64,000 bases of DNA from Eledone cirrhosa (taxonomy: Eukaryota): positions 38,502,001-38,566,000 of the forward strand of contig OZ024743.1 of the NCBI GenBank assembly GCA_964016885.1. Direction: 5' to 3'. A program made the translations under genes and the position numbers. Positions 42,836 through 54,987 of the stretch are shown one piece after another (within the stretch, counting starts at the first letter, position 1; each line of letters starts with the position of its first letter). Below the pieces are notes generated by a model. The model saw only the letters and a list, made by a program, of their open reading frames with translations. It had not been told where the DNA came from and did not search any database.

Positions 42836-43305
42836 TAAAAGAGAAAACACAGGTAAGCATTAAAATAAGGATTTAATCCAGGCATTTACGACCGTTTCAT
42901 TGGTAAGTGCAACCTTATATTGCTATACTGCAAATAGCAGCCACTCAATTATAATTGTTGTTCAAAGTCCAAATTTTCAAAATAGTGAGTTACTCTTGAA
43001 ATAGTTCTTAATATATAGAGAAAAACATTTATTTGGAATTGTATTTACTAGTATAGAGAGAGAGGAAACAGGAAGTGAGGGGATAGACGGCATAGTATAG
43101 AGAGAGAGAGGAAGGGGGAAGAGGTAGGAAGTAGAATGACAAACTGAGGTGGAGGTCGGGGTAGAGATGGAAGGATTCTTGGGTCAGTTTTAATAGCAGA
43201 TATCATGTCGTGGAGTGTAGTGAGTTAAAGAGAATTAAATAGATAATAGTGGGAGGGATGGATAGAGAGGGAGAGAAAGAGAGGGGGGGAGATATAAAGA
43301 GATAA

Positions 43306-43337
<32 letters not shown>

Positions 43338-43382
43338 ATACACATACATATATATACACACACAAACACACGTACATATATA

Positions 43383-43418
<36 letters not shown>

Positions 43419-43437
43419 CATACACACACACACATAT

Positions 43438-43499
<62 letters not shown>

Positions 43500-43599
43500 A
43501 AAAATAAAGATAATAATGACAAAAATAAAAGCAAAGAAGGGGGTGAGAAGGAAGAAAAGAAAAGATAGCCAAGAAGGGGGAAGGAAGGAAGAAAACTTA

Positions 43600-45824
43600 A
43601 TGTGGAACAGCTCAAGGTCGCATAATCGACAGCTTCTCATACCACTCCGATATGGGGGCGCGTTTGATAATTTTTCCACTTCAGGGTGTATTGATGGTTA
43701 CTTTCCCTCAGTTGCCAGGTCTTGTTTGCAAGGGTAGTTACATAACGGTGCTGGGAATGTTTCATTGCGTAACAGTGTGTATAACAACGAGCTTTAAAAG
43801 TATTCCCAGTCGCTCCGATGTAATACCATTTCTGGTTGTCTGATTCCACTGTGCATTGGTAAACCAGGTTAGACTTCATACATTCATTTTGTAATGGACA
43901 GGTTTCAGGTAGGTGGCAGTTGCATTTCTTGTTATGGGCAACTTTGGCATTATTTGTGGGCTGCGATGCCTGAACAAGTGTGTTACGTTTTGTTTGCCTA
44001 TTAGCGGGTGGTTGTGTATTAGATATTCTGTTGTGTTCGGTGGTAATTGTGTTGTTATTGTTGTAAATTTGTGTTTTGGTGTTGTTATGTATCTTTTTAG
44101 CGTTAAGCATCTTAATGTGTGCTTCTATATTTGGTGCCGTGGAGTAGGATAGTCTAATAGATTTAGTGTTAAGGATTTTGCTGTATCTATGTGAAACTGG
44201 AAAGTGCCTGTTTATTATTCTAAAGAAAGTAGAGGGTAGGTTAGTACTAATAGAGGTGTTAAATATGGGGTTATACCAAATATATTTTCTACTGCGTGAC
44301 TTGTTTGATTTCGATGTTGTACTTCTATTAGCCGTATACTTTGCAGTTCTATGCGTAAATGTGTGTATGCGTGTTCGTGTGTGCTTCACAGAGGCTTTCA
44401 TCTATATATTCTACTCTATCTAAGTGGCCTGCCTTGTCTAATGCGGTATTGTAGTATTCTGCATGTTCTTTGAAGATTTGCGGTTAGATGAGAGGCGGGA
44501 GATCCTAAGGGATATGTTGCGTGGAATGGATTTAATTATTGATAGTGGGTGGTTTGAGTTACAGTTGATGTATGCTAAGTTTTAATTAATCTTGTGAAAA
44601 GGTCTTATTACTCCCGTATTTAGGTTAAGCGTCACATCTAGAAAGTTAACTCTTTTAGTGCTATACTCGTACGTTATGCTAAGGTCTAGTTTTCCGAGAG
44701 TCTTTCTAATATTCTTACGGAGTCTTTCTATGCTCTGGTTATTTAGGTTCTTAACTAGGAGAAGGGCGTTGTCTCTGTAGATTCCACCGTGAAGGTCGCT
44801 AAACTCGCTTTGTAAACTATGGGCTATGTAAATACCTACTAAGTCTGTGACTTGAGCCGAGTCGTTAGCCCCCATCGTGATGTCAAAGTTATTTAATCTA
44901 TCCTTACGTTCCCAATAGGCGTTTTCAAATTTAATTATTGTTTTCCTAGCAGCTAATATGATTTTTATCTCGTCGTCTGTTATGTCAGAATTGGCTTTGG
45001 CGAATGCTAAGGCTTTATCCAAGGTGTTGGGGGATATAGATGAGTAATAATCGTTAATGTCAAATTGTATAAACTTAGATACTTCTTTGTTAGCTATATT
45101 GTTAAACCATTTAATTGTTTCGGTAGCGTTACCCCATAGTTTAATCACTAGTTTATTCTTCATTTGTGCTATCACTCTGTCTAATATATGTTTACTAATT
45201 TTCCCGATGTCCGATTTGGATAGGCATATAAGTCTAATAGTGGGGTTATAATCAAAATTTACCTTGTGGTCTTTGAGGTTAAATGTGGGGGTACATGGCT
45301 TAAGTGGCTTCGTTCTGTCGTCTATTCCTAGGTGTTTGACTATATTGTGTGCCTCGTTGTTGATGTTTATCAGTGCCGCCTCATTTGTTTTTTTGTATTT
45401 CCTATGTAATTCTTTCCGTATGAAGCTATTGTATGTATTAACATCCATCGTATACACAGTTGATGTTTTGTCCGCTTTGACAATAATTCCATTGGGGGTT
45501 CGCAGCTTTTTTATGAATGTATTTATGTCATTCTGGAGTTTATTATTCCTCCGCTTTTTGAATTTGATATTCATAATCATCTTCAGTAAGTCCTGTTCAA
45601 AGGCATCCAGTTGAGGGTTGGTAGGTGGGTTTATACACGATTTGAAGCCGTATGTTTCCTTGTTATATTCCACGGTGCGCCATTACGTCCTTTGTCGAAA
45701 TGGAAAGTTTTCCATCTAACTCTGCGTATAAAGTCGTTTGTTCGCTGTATCATCCCGAGAGTATAATCCTTTCTCCGAGGTATAGGAATGTTCTTTAGGG
45801 ACATACCTATGTAATGCTTTTCAA
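43600..45824 (-). pseudogene. PLE RT plus GIY-YIG endonuclease, frameshifted (probably Hydra-type clade)
   Basis: SLKNIPIP..RVRWK; VKADKT; FDINDYY; DITMG..DLVGIY; YRDN (YRDD mutated); NFLDVTL; SNHP; CNCx5CPL..C; LVY..YIG; KW; CRLC; CNH in the inverted copy; several 1-bp frameshifts. Confidence 0.85.
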
Positions 45825-46977
45825 TAGTAGTACCGTATGTTTAGGTGGTTGCTCGATCGATAAGGAGCCTGTAGTTAGAGAAGCAAAAAATTGCTTATTG
45901 TGATCCAGTTCGTGGTTAAGAAAGCCAGTTTCACGGATGGTTTCAACGCACGGTTAGGGGTAACTCCACAAGTTTGTAAGAATTCCGTTCAATCTTGGAG
46001 TATAAAGTATAAAAGAGAAAACACAGGTAAGCATTAAGAGAAGGATTTAATCCAGGTATTTACGACCGTTTCATTGGTAAGTACAACATCAAAACACCCA
46101 AAACACCAAAACACAAATTTACAACAATAACAATACAATTACCACCGAACACAACAGAATATCTAATACACAACCACCCGCTAATAGGCAAACAAAACGT
46201 AACACACTTGTTCAGGCATCGCAGCCCACAAATAATGCCAAAGTTGCCCATAACAAGAAATGCAACTGCCACCTACCTGAAACCTGTCCATTACAAAATG
46301 AATGTATGCAGTCTAACCTGGTTTACCAATGCACAGTGGAATCAGACAACCAGAAATGGTATTACATCGCAGCGACTGGGAATACTTTTAAAGCTCGTTG
46401 GTATACACACCGTTACGCAATGAAACATTCCCAGCACCGTTATGTAACTACCCTTGCAAACAAGACCTGGCAACTGAGGGAAAGTAACCATCAATACACC
46501 CTGAAGTGGAAACATTATCAAACGCGCCCCCATATCGGAGTGGTATGAGAAGCTGTCGATTATGCGACCTTGAGCTGTTCCACATCTTAAGTTCAAAGAA
46601 TAGGTTCCTCAACAATACAATTGAGAGATCAATTTATTGTAACCATAGACTCAAGGAGAAATTTTCGCACTACAAATCGAACGCTTAACCTTTTACTACC
46701 AACTGACAAACTGCATATACTTAGACTTTATACCCTCTTATATCTAGACCCTTTAATTACCCACAAAACCATACATATATCCCCCCCTTCTCCCTCATTC
46801 CTCTTCTATTTCTTCGTTTTCTTCTTTCCCTCCCCCTTCTTGGCTATCTTTTCTTTTCTTCCTTCTGACCCCCTTCTTTGCTTTTATTTTTGTCATTATT
46901 ATCTTTATTTTTTATTTTTTTATTATATATATATATATATAAATATATATATATGTGTGTATATGTGTGAGTGTATG

Positions 46978-47050
<73 letters not shown>

Positions 47051-47386
47051 TATGTGTTTGTGTGTGTATATATATGTATGTGTTTGTTTGTGTGTATATA
47101 TATATATATATATTTATCTCTTTATATCTCACCCACCCTCTCTCTCTCTCCCTCTCTATCCATCCCTCCCACTATTATCTATTTAATTCTCTTTAACTCA
47201 CTACACTCCACGACATGATGTCTGCTATCAAAACTGACCCAAGAATCCTTCCACCTCTACCCCTACCTCCACCTCAGTTTGTCATTCTACTTCCTACCTC
47301 TTCCCCCTTCCTCTCTCTCTTAGTAAATACAATTCCAAATAAGTGTTTTTCTCTATATATTAAGAACTATTTCAAGAGTAACTCAC

Positions 47387-47488
47387 TATTTTGAAAATTT
47401 GGACTGTGAACAACAATTATAATTGAGTGGCTGCTATTTGCAGTATAGCAATATAAGGTTGCACTTACCAATGAAACGGTCGTAAATA
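47387..47488 (+). ncRNA. pLTR hammerhead with U3-A8 core and ~75-nt stem II; twin at 42883-42984 (-)
   Basis: tatt TTGAAAA t-ttgg...ccaa-t GAAA c-ggtc-g TA aata. Confidence 0.65.
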
Positions 47489-47666
47489 CCTGGATTAAAT
47501 CCTTCTCTTAATCCTTACCTGTGTTTTCTCTTTTATACTTTATACTCCAAGATTGAACGGAATTCTTACAAACTTGTGGAGTTACCCCTAACCGTGCGTT
47601 GAAACCATCCATGAAACTGGCTTTCTTAACCACGAACTGGATCACAATAAGCAATTTTTTGCTTCT

Positions 47667-47714
<48 letters not shown>

Positions 47715-48562
47715 AAAAAAAGATGAGATCGAAAATGCAGCTGGAGTCTTATTTTTGAAAATATATATATATTTATTTAAAAATAAGACTTCAGTTGCAT
47801 ATATATATATGTATGTGTGTGTATGTGTCTGTGTCTGTAACATATGTCAAGAGTGATAACCTAGCTTAATCAAGTGTTGTGTCTACTTAGATGCATGTGT
47901 GAATTGTTTCTCGTAAAATCGTTGTTTGTGAGGTTTATCGCCTTTATTGTCAATGATGGATGACTTTTCAATCGTATTTATTCCCTATATGTTCAAGCAT
48001 TATGAATTCAGGGTAACAATATGAAATATATCCATTGACTTTCAGAGAGTAGAGTGTCATTTGATGTAAATCTCCCCGATATCTCTGGATTTGGGGGTGT
48101 AAGCCTATCAACAGCTCACATGCATTCCATGCTGCATACATAGATTGGTTAATTAATTAATGTAACTCTACTGCTGTGTATTGTTCTAATATATAATTCA
48201 ATCGGTGATACCTTTGTTTCCAGCATGGATTAAGATCAGTGTATGTATAAGGCAAGTTTATTGCGTCAAATTATTTGAATTAGACATTCCCTTTTATTAA
48301 TTCCTTAATTAATAATGATGTTACTCTAAATGCGGTTTCTATATATTGGGGTTCGATATGCTGAATATATTGACTAAATTTCCACCACTCATCCAATCAT
48401 TTAAAAATAGCTGCCATGGTTGATTTTTAGAGTAATCCACCAAAGAAATAACAGGATACTTATGGCCAGACTGTCTGCTCTTACGTATACACGATGTTGG
48501 CTAAAGGGGATGTAACATAAACTAACATAAATATAAATATGCACACGTACACACATATATAC

Positions 48563-48671
<109 letters not shown>

Positions 48672-48684
48672 TATATATAGAGAG

Positions 48685-50090
48685 AGAATAAGTAAAAGCG
48701 AAGTAGTTTCAGATGTCCAAGTCCTTTAATAATAATGCTGTGATATATATTTCAATGACGACACTGGCCACACTGTTCTGTGTGCCAGTGTCGTTACATC
48801 ATCAGACGGCTTGTTACATAATAAGGTTATGTTTCCGAAGCAATCCTAGTTGAATCGACATGGGAACGGACGAAGTGTGTGCTTTTGGGTTCTTCATCCG
48901 TTCCCCTGTGAGTACCAATTCACCCCCACAGGTCTGCGCAGGCGCACGTCTGAAGGAAGTTGACCATTAGCTACCGCAGATTTCAAGGAAATTCGCTTAG
49001 TCAGTTCACCCTCTCAGCCAAACAATGACCCATTTAAGGTCTCTACCATATTTTACTGCTACCCGTCCCGTCTGTGGCAATCAGCCGAAAGCCAGAGAAG
49101 ATGGGAGAGTGTTAGTTTTTACAGGTCACAATACTACCTCTCACCAAGCATGGACAGTACGACTGACCATCAACTCCCAAGAGAAAATATACTTAATTCT
49201 AGGTATCATGGTTTTACATTGGAAGTTATGAGTGAGAGTTGGAAATAAAACTTAAAATCCTAAATCAAAAATCAGAAATTATAAATTAAACAATTACAAA
49301 ATTAAAAAATTAAAAAATTAACAATTAGAAATTAAAAAAATTTCAAGTGAGAATCCAGATTGAGGTGAGTAAAAAAAAATAGATTGAAGTGAGTAAATAA
49401 TATGGAGAGAGATGTTTAAGTAAGAAGTTCTGAGAAGGTAGTAACGTCACAGTTACACTATCCACATATTGAACGATAGTGCTGTACATTAAAACGGAGG
49501 GTAAACTACAATATTCAAGGCAGTAGTCAATCTGGTATACAGTCATAATTTCCATCACATGGAACAAAACCAAAGAAAAACAGATATAAAGTACACAAAA
49601 GAAAAGAACCAATAATGAATAGATGCAAAAACACAGAGTACATATATGCAAAATGATCCATATGATTGTCAATTTGTCAATGTATAGATTGAATTGAGGG
49701 GCTTCTGTTCAAAAGCGATTTGGTGCAGGAAAATATGGGTTTATCTTAGTTTTTGTTTCGCGTATTTATCCTGCCGAATGTTACTATAATGTCCGTCCAG
49801 TGTCAGGGGTTTCTATCCCTATGATATAGGGAATTCCCAGGGGTAGCTCATGGTTGGTTCCTCTCTTCTCTACCATATCGGTTACATGATAGAGCGCTCA
49901 ACTAATTGGAGCTAAATTCTTAGGGTAAACATTGATGCAATTCAATTCAAGCACTCAACGTACTTGAACATCTGAAACTACTTCGCTTTTACTTATTCGA
50001 TATTAACTCCGTCACTCCTATGTGGAAAAAGTACGTTGAGTGTTTGAATTGAATTGCATCAATGTTTACCCTAAGAATTTAGCTCCAAGT
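48685..50090 (-). mobile_element. Decayed PLE-type foldback with HHR at 48737-48810 (-)
   Basis: gccgt CTGATGA t..long stem II..t GAAA t-atat-a TC acagc; 48686-48722 inverted to 49962-49998; 49906-49964 inverted to 50030-50088. Confidence 0.65.
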
Positions 50091-50229
50091 ATATGTATGT
50101 TGTAATTTCCATCGTATGTATATAGTAACGTTTAAAGGACACGTGTAGATACTGAAGTGGTGGAGTCATACAGCGAATAACAAAAAATATACCTAGTAGT
50201 AAATCGAGTCATTGTTTAGTCTGATGAAA

Positions 50230-50940
50230 TCCCACCCGCATCAATGTTAAGTCCGATTCTTTTCATATTCCCAAAATGGCCGTTTTCTTCTTATGTTCTT
50301 AATATTTATTTGCATTAGCCTTTTCCCTCAAAGCCTTTAACAACCTCCGACACTTTTAAACGATTGAATAGTGATCTACTGCGAGACATTCCGGATATTT
50401 TTGTTCAATTTTTACAATCTTCAAGATCTTCTTTAATGCCTTCTTGACATTTTTCTGTGGTTAATATGCATACCATTTTTCATAGCAAGTTTCCCATACA
50501 ACAGTTGCTTAGAGGAATACTTGTCAGCTATGCGGTAAATATGTCTGAGTTACTTCAGGCTTTCAAAATTATTGCCTTGATGGATAAAATACCAGATGCA
50601 GGAAAAGCATCAGAGTTGGGAGTGAATGAATGCCATATTATTTTCAGAATATTGGATAAGCACATTTGATGGAATTCCTCAGGGTATCTAAACTGATACC
50701 TGTAACATGTCCAAGTTTCCGAGTAGTACAGAACTGTTCAAAGGATTTATAATCATATACTTTAATCTTCATAAGTATTTGTGACCAAACCGAAGACTTT
50801 ACACTACCGACAAATGTTTCATCCTTTTCAATATTTAAAGATATTTCTAAATCAGATGGTCCATTTGTTTTTCGCTGCTATCCCAATGTAAATGAAGGAT
50901 TCAACAATCTTAAGAAGATCAGCTTCCACATATATTCTAA
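50230..50940 (-). mobile_element. Degenerate RTE-BovB-like LINE 3' part
   Basis: KIVESFIYIG, KIKVY, SETWTCYRYQFRYPEEFHQMCLSNILKIIW, KQLLYGKL. Confidence 0.7.
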
Positions 50941-50964
50941 ATTGCTGCTCTACTTAAGCGTTAG

Positions 50965-51170
50965 AAACAAAATCACAGCATTCGTTAGAGTTATTCCAGA
51001 AGGCCTGGATCTCGCGATACGGATCATCTTCCTGGATCTTCAAGGTAAGTTAGTGATACTGGACGTGACCAACAGCGAAGGTTATGCTTTTAGGCTTGTG
51101 GCTGTCTATGCAATGCCAATAGCATGATGGCCTGATTTTTCACATGTACGGAGACCTTTCTAGTAACATC
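50965..51170 (+). mobile_element. Old L1/Tx1 APE fragment
   Basis: GLDLAIRIIFLDLQGKLVILDVT..AFRLVAVYA, homologous to 63140-63310. Confidence 0.75.
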
Positions 51171-51355
51171 CAACTGGAAAAACCGATAACAGCCTAAGAA
51201 ATTTGACTTTCTTCCTTACGGGGTCGATGAAATACAACACCAGTAATGCACTGCGGTCAATTTAGCCGAATTTCACCTCCCCCAAAATTGTTGGCCTCTT
51301 AGCTAAAGAAGAAAGTTTTATTAAAGTACCACTATTATTAAAGTACCAGTAAATC

Positions 51356-53960
51356 ACCGACTCTGATTTATGCTCATACCACTTCTCAGAATGTGGTAAA
51401 TTGTTTACTTTGCATAGGTGCCAGTGGATCACCCTGCCCATCACATCATGTCTCCAGCCTTTATAGTGAGTCTTAGCTAGGTGTTTACACTCGGATACAA
51501 TGTGAACCACAGTCTCCTCTCTCTCTCTCCACATATCCTACACATTGGGCTAGCCTCTTTCTTTTAACTATGGTGTTTCAGTCACTTCGTTTTGAGGGCC
51601 TGCTCTTGCGCAGCCATTAACATTCCTTCTGTAGCCTTTTTAAGGTCTTCTCTTTTCAACCAGTTCCATGTCTGTGGATCTCTAAATTCAGTTTTCTCAA
51701 AGAAGGTACTATTAAGGGATTTTTTATGGAAGTTGCTCTCTCTCCTTGTTGTTATTTCCTCCTTGGACATCCCCTGGTCTATTGTCCTCTCCTTCAGTGC
51801 AATTCTGAGCATTGGCTCCCTACTATCAGTCACGTTTTTGTGTAGGTTGTTTTTCTCCATCTGAACACAGTCCTCTATGCTGATAAGACCTCTTCCACCT
51901 TCAGATCTCCTTAATTTGAGTCTATCGACATCACTCCTCTTGTAGAACATGTTGTAGATAGTCAATAGCTTTCTAGTCTTCCTACCCATTTCTCTTTGTT
52001 CAGCAACATTCCATCTCAGAATTCCCGCACTGTGCCTAATAATAGACACAGCTCGGGAATTTACTGCACGTATGGCATTCCTACTGTTCAGATGTGATTT
52101 TAATACGTTCCTTACTCTCCGAATGTATTAAGATATTATCAATTCCTTCATTTTTTTTGTACTTGATGTCATCAGCCTCCAGAACACCTAAATAATTGTA
52201 TCCTTCTTCAGTGTCAATTTCCATTATCATCTCACCTCTGGTACCTGGATTCCGTTGTTTCTGTTCAATTTACCCCTCTTCAACACAAGGACCCCACACT
52301 TACTAATACCAAATTGCATACATATATCATTGCTGAAAATACGGACAGTGTCAACAAGCACATCCAACTCCTTCTCACTCTTCCCGAAGAGCTTAAGATC
52401 GTCCATGAAGAGGAAGTGATTGATGGTAAGCTCTACCTTTCCCAACTTGTATCCTGCTTTCATGTTTCGCAGTATAATGGTCAGGGGCATCAGGGCAAGG
52501 AGAAACAACAAAGGGGACAGACTATCTAACTGGAAGATACCTCTCTTGATCTTCACGCCTCCCAAGGATTCTCCTGCCGATGTTAACTATTTTCCAGGAT
52601 CATACTTTTGCTCAACAACTCTCTGATGTTATCTGCCACCCTAAAGATCTCTAGGCTTTTGGTGAACTAAGATTGAGGCACCATGTCAAATGCCTTTTTG
52701 TAGTCTATCCAACTCATGGCAAGACCAGTGTGTCTCCTCTTACAATTCTTCATTACCATATTATCAATAAGTAACTGGTCCTTTGTACCACGGGACTTCT
52801 TTTTGGCATCCTTTCTGTTCGTCCGGTAACAAGTTGTTTATGTGGATGTGATGGTAGATTTCCTCAGATACAATGCTTGTTAACAGTTTCCAGATTACGG
52901 ACAGACATGTGATAGGTCTATAGTTGGTAACATCATTACTCTTGATTCGGTCTTTCATTACCAGAATTGTGGTACCTTTTGTCAACCACTCTGGTACCTC
53001 ACCTGACATCAAGCAGTCATTTCCCTGATTTGATCATACATTCGTTTCTTCCACCAAGGTTCTGATCTTTCTTGTTTGTTGTTTCCTCTCGCTTGTATGC
53101 CAAGCAATTTCCTCACCGCATTTGCTGTTGCTTTGAGGATATTGTTACACTGGTGAAGGCTCCTCGCCTCAAGGTATGAGATTACATTGTTTACCTTAGC
53201 TGTTGTTTCTTTTAACTTTTTCCTGTCTACAAATCTTAGGTTCATAGGTTTCCCACTATCATTGTTCATTTCATCTACCACTAACTTTAGGATATCAACC
53301 AAATCTTGTCCTAGCCCGTCAGCATTAATTTCCTCAATGGCCGTATCTTTGTTCCAGGTATTATTTATTTCAGCATTCAGATTATTGTCTGCTTCGGATG
53401 ATTCCTCCGTTCTCTCAACCTCTTCACCTTCATTTCCCACTGGCTCGTTTGCCTGGCATACTCCACTCACCATCTCCAACCTAATCTCTCTGCTCAGTTC
53501 CTCCAGTTCCAGCTCGCTTATCCACCCATTAGTTTTTATTACCCGAGCCTTCCCGGTCAATTTTTCTTCATCTAATTTAAATAGCCCAATCTCGTTCCAG
53601 ATGTTATGCATCCATTTCCTATAGCCATTTTCCTTGGGGTTACTCTTCAGGTAACATTGCATAAGAGTTCTATTCAATTCTTTCGTCCAGTTGGTTCTGA
53701 TCCCTTTCCTTCTTCTTCTTCCTCCAACACCAGCAGTATTTGGATGACAGCCAGGTCCCTGCTGCTGGGCCTGGGAGCACCTGCTGGGTGAGAGTCTGTC
53801 ACATGATATTCCAGTCTCCACTTCACCGTTATTCGAACTGTTTAGGTTCGGCATTTAAACACTCATATCGAGGATTTGTGAATGTATGGTTACATAACTA
53901 CCGGTGATTTCATCACCCCCAGTGATTTCATCACCCCCGGTGATTTTAGCGTGGCACCAT
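51356..53960 (-). mobile_element. R4/Dong-clade non-LTR retrotransposon (family C), pseudogenised, 3' end missing
   Basis: NWTKELNRTLMQCY..GYRKWM; NYRPITCL; EQKGC; GIFQLDSLSPLLF; HFLFMDDLKLF; AAQEQAL; HIVSEC..RHD; 18-bp tandem palindrome at 53903-53946. Confidence 0.85.
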
Positions 53961-54439
53961 CACGCTGTAGACGAACATAAATAATTAAACAAATAAATAG
54001 ATAAAAACTTAAAAAAACAAGTTTCATTGTAATGTTTGAATGTCTGACTTAGTTATTTTGTTTGTTTGTTTGTCTTTTTCCTTTGCGTTTTTCGTTGTAC
54101 AAGGCCAGTAACATCGGTTACTAGTTTTGTTGTTGCTGCTGCTTCTAAGGGAAGTAGGGCTTGTTGTGTTCAAACTTTTGAAATGTGTGTTTGATGTTGC
54201 GTTTGCTTCTGTCTGTGTTCTGTTCTATACTTTTTCGACTTTTTGCTTATCATTATTTTTTTTTCCTTTCATCCCTACGGGGCCGCCACAACAAAGGACT
54301 TGCAACACACCGAAAACAAATTGCTGGCCCCGTGGCAAAAGCAGAAGCAATTATTATTATTATATTATAATTTAGATTTGACATCGTTTAAAGTTTAAAG
54401 TTTAAACTAAAGATTTTGAAAGAGTTTAGAGATACAACA

Positions 54440-54987
54440 TAATTATGTTGGTGTTGCTGTTGTTGTTAGCTGTTTGACCTAGTCACTAACCCAGTCTATT
54501 TATATCTTTTGATACCTCCTCGCTTCTTTTCATGTGTAGCTGCACCACCACCCCTCTCTTAAGTAGTGGGGGGATAGTGGCGGTAGCGATGATGCAGTGG
54601 TGACGGTGGTGATTGGCCGCAGTACAATAGGGATGGTGCTGGTTTGTATTTGGCTAAATTTTTTGTGGTAGTGGTGATGGTGATGGTGGCGGCGGCGGCG
54701 CTGGCGGTGGTGTTGGTGGTGAAGTTATTTGGCTGTTGTTTTATAACAATTTCTTTTTCTGCCTATAACATTTCTGCTACGAAATTAAATATTAAAATAA
54801 ATATTAAATATTGGAACCCTATGCAGTAATGTGATGCGTTGCCACTTCCCGAGAGTTAAGACTGATATCTTACGTTCCATTTGTAATAAGAATTATTCTA
54901 TCACAATTGTTTTAAATATGTAAACAATCAAAAACTTACGGGAGCGATTCCATAACACCCTATCCACCATGTGCGTACTTCCCTTAT
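54440..54987. repeat. Low-copy segment duplicated at ~62100-62912
   Basis: Shared gtcactaa..tctatttatatctttt and acgggagcgatt..ccaccaYgtgcgt..ttcccttat. Confidence 0.7.

Larger units (their letters stand above)
42833..47673 (-). mobile_element. Near full-length Penelope-like element with inverted 5' duplication, inserted in (TA)n
   Basis: 3' pLTR 42833-43600; ORF on minus; partial pLTR 45872-46087; inverted copy of EN plus pLTR at 46095-47673. Confidence 0.9.

Noticed and set aside
43600-45824. Selenoprotein-type (UGA-recoding) PLE
   Set aside because: The interruptions I traced are frameshifts, and the endonuclease Cys positions translate as Cys
50221-50270. CTGATGA on +
   Set aside because: No downstream GAAA or stems; lies at the end of the RTE-BovB remnant
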